IMG/VR virus record: IMGVR_UViG_3300044691_000347
Coordinates: 1-64,000 of that record
Reading direction: 5' to 3' (one strand)
Length of the DNA: 64,000 nucleotides
Origin: a virus
The notes under the pieces were generated by a model. It was given only the letters and a program-made list of their open reading frames with translations. It was not told the origin of the DNA and searched no databases. Positions 9,938 to 15,196 of the stretch are shown here, piece by piece. Made by a program: the position numbers and the translations under genes. Each line of letters opens with the position of its first letter. Position 1 is the first letter of the stretch.

Positions 9938-10163
9938 ACCGTGCAGCCCATTCGAGGTGGCCTGGTTTGTAGCCTGCCCAATGCTCGTCGCCGACAACTA
10001 CGACGGGCGCTTGGGAGTAGCCGAGACCTTTGATCAGGACCAGCGCTTCAGTATCCTCGGTGACATCAACCTTGATGTAGGCTGCACCGAGCTTGTTCAA
10101 CTTCCGGATTGTGGCTTTGCAGGGTTCGCAGTTGGGTCGACTGTATACAGTGATCTGCGGCAT
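9921..10163 (-). CDS. nrdH: NrdH-like glutaredoxin
   Basis: ITVYSRPNCEPC...LGYSQAPVVVV...WAGYKP. Confidence 0.9.
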   Translation of the reverse strand: MPQITVYSRPNCEPCKATIRKLNKLGAAYIKVDVTEDTEALVLIKGLGYSQAPVVVVGDEHWAGYKPGHLEWAARYVADA

Positions 10164-10790
10164 TTACTGGAACCAAACCCCATCAGCATTGCTCGGATAG
10201 TCGGAAGCGGTGAAGTCGTAGTCGGTGTGGGCGCTCTCGAACAGATAGCCGACCGGGCCAGCCGGGAAGTTGCACACCCAGTCATTCGAGTGGCACACCT
10301 CAAGCACAGGGACGGCGCCGAAGTTCGAGTCGACGCCCGCGAGCGGCCAGCCCACAATCCAGTTGCCGGGGATGCCTGCGAGACCAGCACCGCCAGGACC
10401 AGCCGCGCGCTTCGGGTCAGCGATCAGTACCGCAGACACGTTCGGGAAGGTCTCATTTGCGGTGATCCACGCGTGCGCGATGCCACTGCCCTCACTATGG
10501 CCCACAATCTCGATGTGATCGGCAGGGCACTCGTAGCGATGCCGCAGGATCAAACGGTCCAGCTCGCGATACCCGGAGATCGGATTGCCGCTGTCATAAC
10601 CGACAGGCTGATCGACAGACAGATACCGCGAATCCTCGCCAGTCCCGCCAGGGATGCCGATCTGTAGTCCACCGATGCCGACCGACCATGAGCCGATACA
10701 GGTTTCAGCGTGCACCGCGGCTGCCGAAACGGTAGCCACTGAGATCCCGAGCGCGACAACGACCGCAAATACAGTGAGGCGACGGCGCAT
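10164..10790 (-). CDS. Secreted PE-PPE/cutinase-like serine alpha/beta hydrolase
   Basis: Signal peptide MRRRLTVFAVVVALG...VHA; GHSEG nucleophile elbow; DWVCNFP...H. Confidence 0.75.
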   Translation of the reverse strand: MRRRLTVFAVVVALGISVATVSAAAVHAETCIGSWSVGIGGLQIGIPGGTGEDSRYLSVDQPVGYDSGNPISGYRELDRLILRHRYECPADHIEIVGHSEGSGIAHAWITANETFPNVSAVLIADPKRAAGPGGAGLAGIPGNWIVGWPLAGVDSNFGAVPVLEVCHSNDWVCNFPAGPVGYLFESAHTDYDFTASDYPSNADGVWFQ

Positions 10791-11176
10791 GATGCCTCCA
10801 CAGGCGATCGATGAAAGCTGATGCCCGCCGGCTCCCAGGTAGCGACCAAAGGCCGGCGGGCGGGTCGCGGCGCGCAAGCGGATGCGCTGCCAGCGACCCC
10901 GCCACCCGGAAGCCCTACGACCGCGGTGTGAGATGCGCGGCGGCCCCGACCGAATGGGGCACGAGGGTGGTGGCGAAAACTAGTGCGGTCGCGTACAGTT
11001 GAGCAAAGAACGCCCCCGTGTACGCCGCCTCTACTCCCCCCGTAAGCGGCATCGCCTCTACCTTCGGGTATGCGCCGGGGGCTTCTTCATGTTTAGCGGT
11101 GAGAGTTCTCAGGGCAGACACCGACTACCCGTTGCGTTACCTCGTTAGAGAGGTCGCACTACGCATGTACGCGCAG

Positions 11177-11275
11177 TTAGTTACCGGCAACGACAGACAG
11201 TACGTCTCCGAGAGCCTTGAAGACGATAAGGCCGATCTTGCCTAGCTCGATGAGCAGGTTCAGGTCAACACCCAC
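11177..11275 (-). CDS. 32-aa amphipathic/hydrophobic peptide
   Basis: GTG start with GGAGGGG RBS; MGVDLNLLIELGKIGLIVFKALGDVLSVVAGN; too short for the ORF track. Confidence 0.65.
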   Translation of the reverse strand: MGVDLNLLIELGKIGLIVFKALGDVLSVVAGN

Positions 11276-11353
11276 GGTGTGCCCCTCCATTTAGTTGTTA
11301 CGGTTTGCCAGCCGGGCGGCCGGCCGGACATCAATTCCTGGTGTCAAGCGACG

Positions 11354-11536
11354 TCACCAAGTGAGCCAACCCTGAGTCGGTTTCGTCTGCCTCGTATCAG
11401 CGAGGTCGAAGCGGTCGTTGCGCATCAACTGGCGGGCTCTGTTACGTTCCGTACGGCGAGTCAGCTGGCGAGCCCACGAGTTCTCATGCCGATACCAAAA
11501 CCGGTCAGGGAAATCGGAACGTCGAGTACGGCTCAT
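11354..11536 (-). CDS. Small basic hypothetical protein
   Basis: MSRTRR...Arg-rich...GWLTW; ATGA overlap. Confidence 0.6.
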   Translation of the reverse strand: MSRTRRSDFPDRFWYRHENSWARQLTRRTERNRARQLMRNDRFDLADTRQTKPTQGWLTW

Positions 11537-11766
11537 GACTTTCCGTGCAGGCTTCGAGCCTCTTTCGAGTTGGGCCCGAAACCGAAATGAGCCATATAGT
11601 ACTCGCTTGCCAGCCCGTTAGCCTTTTCAATCGACATGTGCGCCAGCAGAAGACCCCGCAACGTGCGCCACGGCGTCGGGCTTTCAGCCCACCTGGACAA
11701 GCCTTCACCCAGCCAAAACTCATTGAACTGTCTAACGCCAATGCCAGGACTCGGATCGACAGCCAT
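11533..11766 (-). CDS. Hypothetical phage protein
   Basis: MAVDPSPG...FWLGEGLSRW...; GGTGG RBS. Confidence 0.55.
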   Translation of the reverse strand: MAVDPSPGIGVRQFNEFWLGEGLSRWAESPTPWRTLRGLLLAHMSIEKANGLASEYYMAHFGFGPNSKEARSLHGKS

Positions 11767-11794
11767 GACCACCACCATTTACGTCTAAAAGAAA

Positions 11795-11881
11795 TCGGTA
11801 GTAGCGCCGGGGGTCTTCTCACCCTGTTGTCTTGGCCCTAGTTTTGGTCTCCGATCTTACCTCGGAATCGACTACTACCGA
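11795..11881 (-). ncRNA. Structured RNA element with a 10-bp closing stem followed by a U-tract
   Basis: TCGGTAGTAG/CTACTACCGA encloses TCCGA-GGTAAGA-TCGGA and GGGT-GAGAAG-ACCC hairpins; then TTTCTTTT. Confidence 0.55.
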
Positions 11882-11885
11882 AAGT

Positions 11886-12022
11886 GCGGTGACGAGTGGC
11901 TGCCGTAGCTACACCACACGCCGTGAAGGCTGTCGCGCCGAAGCGGGAGAACCTTCTACGGTTACCGCAAGCAAAGCCCCAATGTTGATATCAGAGTTGG
12001 GGTTACTCTGGGCCGTCACCGC
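11886..12022 (-). ncRNA. Structured RNA element with a possible pseudoknot
   Basis: GCGGTGACG/CGTCACCGC closing stem; CAGAGT/ACTCTG hairpin whose CCCCA loop complements TGGGG; CGC-TTCG-GCG tetraloop. Confidence 0.55.
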
Positions 12023-12085
12023 CAGGTGATTCCGTGAAATACGGAAGGACAGTCAAACCCGCTGCCAGAGGCGACGGACCATATG

Positions 12086-12157
12086 AGCTTCCACCAGGAC
12101 TCGGACCCGGCACTCTTGTTTACTAGACAAGTGCTTTACCAGATAAGCTATGGAAGC
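12086..12157 (-). tRNA. tRNA-Thr(AGT)
   Basis: Full cloverleaf: acceptor GCTTCCA/TGGAAGC, D arm GCTT/AAGC, anticodon arm CTTGT-CTAGTAA-ACAAG, T arm CCGGG-TCCGAGT-CCTGG; CCA not encoded. Confidence 0.85.
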
Positions 12158-12190
12158 GACTACCCATCGATCCCGGAGGATGACGAGCCG

Positions 12191-12439
12191 TTAAACGCGC
12201 GGCGGCCAGTTCCAGCAACCGGGGGTCGGCACTTCAGCGAACGGAACGAGCTGGTTGAAGAACATGCCAGTCGGGTTGAGCACGCACAAACCGACATGCA
12301 CTTTAGAGGGGTTGGCGAGGTCCGGCGAGTCATCAGGGTACGTGCAAGTAATGATGGCAGCTCGTGGCTCGGGCAGATATTCGCCGCCCGGAGTACCGTA
12401 CGACTGGTAATGGACGATGCGACCAACTGTAGGATTCAC
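12191..12439 (-). CDS. Conserved small phage protein (PTVGRIVHY...WPPRV type)
   Basis: GTG start 2 nt after the tRNA-Ser discriminator; recognisable family motif at both ends. Confidence 0.7.
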   Translation of the reverse strand: MNPTVGRIVHYQSYGTPGGEYLPEPRAAIITCTYPDDSPDLANPSKVHVGLCVLNPTGMFFNQLVPFAEVPTPGCWNWPPRV

Positions 12440-12440
12440 G

Positions 12441-12524
12441 CGGAAGTTTGATGAGTCGAACACCCGGGTTTTACCCCGCCTCTGGCTTTCAAGGCCAGCT
12501 GCCGACCACTCGGCGGAAACTTCC
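12441..12524 (-). tRNA. tRNA-Ser(TGA) with an 8/4 acceptor/T-stem fold
   Basis: Acceptor GGAAGTTT/AAACTTCC, G73, anticodon arm CTGGC-CTTGAAA-GCCAG, long variable arm, T arm GGTG-TTCGACT-CATC. Confidence 0.8.
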
Positions 12525-12528
12525 AGAC

Positions 12529-12583
12529 GCACCTAGCGGCCGGGACTGGAACCCGGGAAACCATTGCCACACTCGCTAGATGC
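12529..12583 (-). ncRNA. Mini tRNA-like element with no anticodon arm
   Basis: GCATCTAGCG/CGCTAGGTGC stem, D-loop-like AATGGT, T arm CCGGG-TTCCAGT-CCCGG. Confidence 0.6.
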
Positions 12584-12601
12584 TGGTGCACCGTGGCTAC
12601 G

Positions 12602-12675
12602 TTGCGATGGCAGGATTTGAACCTGCGACCTAGAGCTTATGAGGCTCCCGAGCTACCGAACTGCTCCACATCGCA
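12602..12675 (-). tRNA. tRNA-Met(CAT) with an initiator-derived body
   Basis: TGCGATG/CATCGCA, GAGC-AGTTCGGTA-GCTC, GGAGC-CTCATAA-GCTCT, GCAGG-TTCAAAT-CCTGC. Confidence 0.9.
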
Positions 12676-13130
12676 CTGAGGCCCTTGATAACGGAGGTCT
12701 GCAACTCCGGTCCACCGTCTTTCGGTCCCAGCGCATAGCGTGGACTGTAGGGCACGGCAGTCATGCGTTTTAACACCTGAGCCTTGCGGCTACCGCCTTA
12801 CCGTGTATTTCGGCCCCACATGCGCGGCAGGGAATGTTAGCCCCTGCTGCCCCGACGACTCTCCGTCGCCGGGCCGCGCAAGTTTAAAAGGTGGGCGGCT
12901 TACTAGGCCAATCGACCGGAGGACGAACACTTAGTCATGTAAGTTGATCCGGTGCCACAACACTTTGTCCGCTAAGACTGGAAAGCCTCGGGCCGCTAAG
13001 CCTTCGGTGGATAGTGGTTCCTCAGCACTCGCCGTTGGTTCCACTTCATTCCCGTTGTGCACATTTCAGCCCGCGTTCCCGGTAGGCTGAACACTCTGTC
13101 ACCACCAGCGCGAGCCGCTAAACCCGCGCT
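12676..13130 (-). ncRNA. Large ornate non-coding RNA candidate (ROOL/GOLLD-like context) containing a hatchet-like domain
   Basis: No credible ORF; more than 10 helices, GCAA and GAAA loops, several long-range pairings; flanked by tRNAs. Confidence 0.65.
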
Positions 13131-13133
13131 TTG

Positions 13134-13204
13134 CTCCCCATCCGCGAGTCGAACGCGGACGTAGCCTTTTATATCGGGCAGCTCTACCGTTGAGCTAATG
13201 AGGA
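13134..13204 (-). tRNA. Pseudo-tRNA with a degenerate anticodon arm
   Basis: Acceptor TCCTCAT/ATGGGGA, D arm GCTC/GAGC, T arm CCGCG-TTCGACT-CGCGG; anticodon arm reduced to GCC/GGC around CGATATAAAA. Confidence 0.7.
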
Positions 13205-13292
13205 AACCGTGAGAGTCAATACCCCCAACCCCCACAATGCTAGGGCATGTTTCCCCTAAATCCGGCTTTGTCGATAACGATTACATAACGTC

Positions 13293-13931
13293 CTATGCTA
13301 CTTCAGCCGCAATCGCCGCATAGCCCGCGATATCTACGCACGAATCCCGTTTGTGTCCGGCCGCTTCCCGCGCGATCTTCGCGAGAATCATCATCAACGC
13401 CACATCCCGCGGTTGCAGCAAATCACCAGACTGCATGATCGGATACAGGTAGTCGTTCCAATACTCCGCGATCCTCTTCAGGTTGTCCCGCGGATTCCCG
13501 TACTGGTCCTCTCGATCCCCGCACACAAGGCTTTCAGCTTCACGCAGGACTTGCGCGCGGACGGGAATGTCTTCTTCTATATCCGGTTCTTCGTCGTCGC
13601 ACCGCGACCAGACACCGCCGTTCGGGTCCGGCAGCTGTCTATACGGTTCACGAAGGGCGAGCGTGAACCCGGTTGCTTGACAGAACTCTTCGAGGGTGGT
13701 GATGCCGTTGAGCTGGTCGCCGTACGTGACGGCACTTTCCAACTCGAATGGGCCATCCTCTGGTCCGATGAACACCTTCGCCTGACCGTGCCGATACTTG
13801 AAGTGCCGGTATTGCCCGGTCGCTGTCCACGCATCCCACGTCGACGGGATCCCGTAACAGGTGTGGATGGCCTTCACGATCACCGTGTCACTCGGCACCG
13901 CCCGAAACTCCTCTTCTGTCAACGCACTCAC
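13293..13931 (-). CDS. Two-domain protein with a C-terminal DUF6378-like (all-alpha NTP-pyrophosphatase-related) domain
   Basis: LREAESLVCGDREDQYG...RIAEYW...KIAR...DSCVDIAGYA; GTGA overlap. Confidence 0.7.
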   Translation of the reverse strand: MSALTEEEFRAVPSDTVIVKAIHTCYGIPSTWDAWTATGQYRHFKYRHGQAKVFIGPEDGPFELESAVTYGDQLNGITTLEEFCQATGFTLALREPYRQLPDPNGGVWSRCDDEEPDIEEDIPVRAQVLREAESLVCGDREDQYGNPRDNLKRIAEYWNDYLYPIMQSGDLLQPRDVALMMILAKIAREAAGHKRDSCVDIAGYAAIAAEVA

Positions 13932-14224
13932 GCTGCCACCTCTTTCTTTGTCGGTCGTCTCGTCCCCTGCATCTCCCGGACACGCCCTACACCGGTCGGC
14001 CCATACCAGAGGGCTTTCGAAACCTCGCCGGCGATCACCTCGGGTGCGGGATGCCCCCAATGCCATAGGCCGTCGATGTGCGGGCATGGATAGGCTTGCA
14101 GCCGTTCACCCGGAAACCGGCGTCGCGCTGCGGTGCGTGCGTGTTTGCGGCTCGGGTAGGCGTGCTTCCGGCACTGCTCACACCTGCCGACCGCGCGACC
14201 ATCAACCGGTCTGTTCCTGTTCAC
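13928..14224 (-). CDS. Small zinc-binding protein
   Basis: CEQCRKHAY...AYPCP...WHWGH; coupled overlaps at both ends. Confidence 0.6.
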   Translation of the reverse strand: MNRNRPVDGRAVGRCEQCRKHAYPSRKHARTAARRRFPGERLQAYPCPHIDGLWHWGHPAPEVIAGEVSKALWYGPTGVGRVREMQGTRRPTKKEVAA

Positions 14225-14868
14225 GCCGCCTCCCCGAAGTCGAGCGGGAAACCTGGATGGTTGTCAGCCGTGTCGATCCAACTCATCAGCTTCGGCAAAT
14301 TCTGATCCGGCCCAAATGTCAGGTAAGTCCCGTCGACCGAGTTGCAGCCAATGGCCTCCGCGTACCGAAAGCGGCGCAACGAGTTCACTCTTCCCATGTG
14401 TACCCACTTCCCGCGGCGCTTCGCCTCACCCACGAGTGCGCGCGCACTCGAACTCAGTTTCCATTCCGTCGATCCGCCAATGAACAAGACGTCGAACTCG
14501 CTCCACGGGATCGCCCATGGCGCAGGCAGCGCTTCCAAGCCGTCCTGGGCGACAAACGCAGCCGGGTAGCCCAACTCTCGGACTTTCGGCAGCCAAGGGA
14601 GCGAGCGCCGTAGAGTCGCGACGGCGTCACCGACAACATCGGGCGCGGTAGCGAATAGGCATGTTCCCGCATCAGTTGCGTTGGCTGTCAACCATGTCAG
14701 CCATGCCGCGTCTCCTGGATACCCCTTGCCGAAGCAGCCGTTGTCAGCACACCAACTGACACCAGAGGGCCGCTTGTTGCCTTGCGCTGGGGTATCGATG
14801 AATCCGAGCATGCCGCTCACCATGGCTGCCACGGTCGCCGCACCGCACGGGTTGGCCATGTATTGCAT
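14221..14868 (-). CDS. TGT/DpdA-like (7-deazaguanine transglycosylase-fold) protein
   Basis: ADNGCF, APDVVGD, VAQDG, LFIGG, VHMG and SVDG motifs in TGT barrel order; next to the QueF-like and VUT genes. Confidence 0.65.
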   Translation of the reverse strand: MQYMANPCGAATVAAMVSGMLGFIDTPAQGNKRPSGVSWCADNGCFGKGYPGDAAWLTWLTANATDAGTCLFATAPDVVGDAVATLRRSLPWLPKVRELGYPAAFVAQDGLEALPAPWAIPWSEFDVLFIGGSTEWKLSSSARALVGEAKRRGKWVHMGRVNSLRRFRYAEAIGCNSVDGTYLTFGPDQNLPKLMSWIDTADNHPGFPLDFGEAA

Positions 14869-14872
14869 CGCG

Positions 14873-15196
14873 TCACGCTCGGCCTCGCTTGACCCGTACA
14901 CTCATGCTGGCGGTCGTCCATGTGCTCGACACGCCAACGACTTCGGGGCCGTCAAGCGAGGCCAGTTCGTCGAACACGCGGCTTGTCAGAGCTTCGTGCG
15001 ATATCGGCGTTTCAGCGAAGCCATTGAAATATTCTGCCAGTGCATGCAATTCGAATGTACAATCCGAGACCAAGAACACGACCGTGACCTCACCCTCGTC
15101 CACTTCGTCCGCAAATGGGCACAAGTGTTGGATGGGTGCGGTGATGGTGACAGTCTCCGGCCCGACTTCAGGCGAAAGATTTCTGACGATCGACAT
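14873..15196 (-). CDS. QueF-like T-fold protein
   Basis: LCPxxxxxD catalytic Cys/Asp spacing, ELHALAEY at the QueF-motif position, ISHE. Confidence 0.7.
   Translation of the reverse strand: MSIVRNLSPEVGPETVTITAPIQHLCPFADEVDEGEVTVVFLVSDCTFELHALAEYFNGFAETPISHEALTSRVFDELASLDGPEVVGVSSTWTTASMSVRVKRGRA

Noticed and set aside
10823-10990. c-di-AMP (ydaO) riboswitch ahead of a secreted enzyme
   Set aside because: Lacks the conserved GAAUC and CGUCAGCUAAC segments
11320-11347. TTGACA on the minus strand upstream of the 32-aa peptide
   Set aside because: No -10 hexamer at 16-19 nt spacing
12023-12085. Possible HDV-like/theta ribozyme after the tRNA-Thr 3' end
   Set aside because: Could not build the nested double pseudoknot or locate the catalytic C strand; only simple hairpins
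12441-12524. Selenocysteine or opal-suppressor tRNA
   Set aside because: The anticodon is UGA (reads the Ser codon UCA), not UCA
12440-12532. N-terminal extension of the 113-aa ORF in the track
   Set aside because: It runs through the tRNA-Ser gene; the real start is probably the GTG at 12439
13000-13025. CUGAGGA on the minus strand, matching the hammerhead CUGANGA core
   Set aside because: No stem II and no GAAA at the required position; the segment pairs better with 12675-12681
12676-13130. tmRNA, RNase P RNA or group I/II intron
   Set aside because: No Ala acceptor with tag ORF, no GAGGAAAGUCC-type P4, no recognisable P7 or domain V, and no interrupted gene
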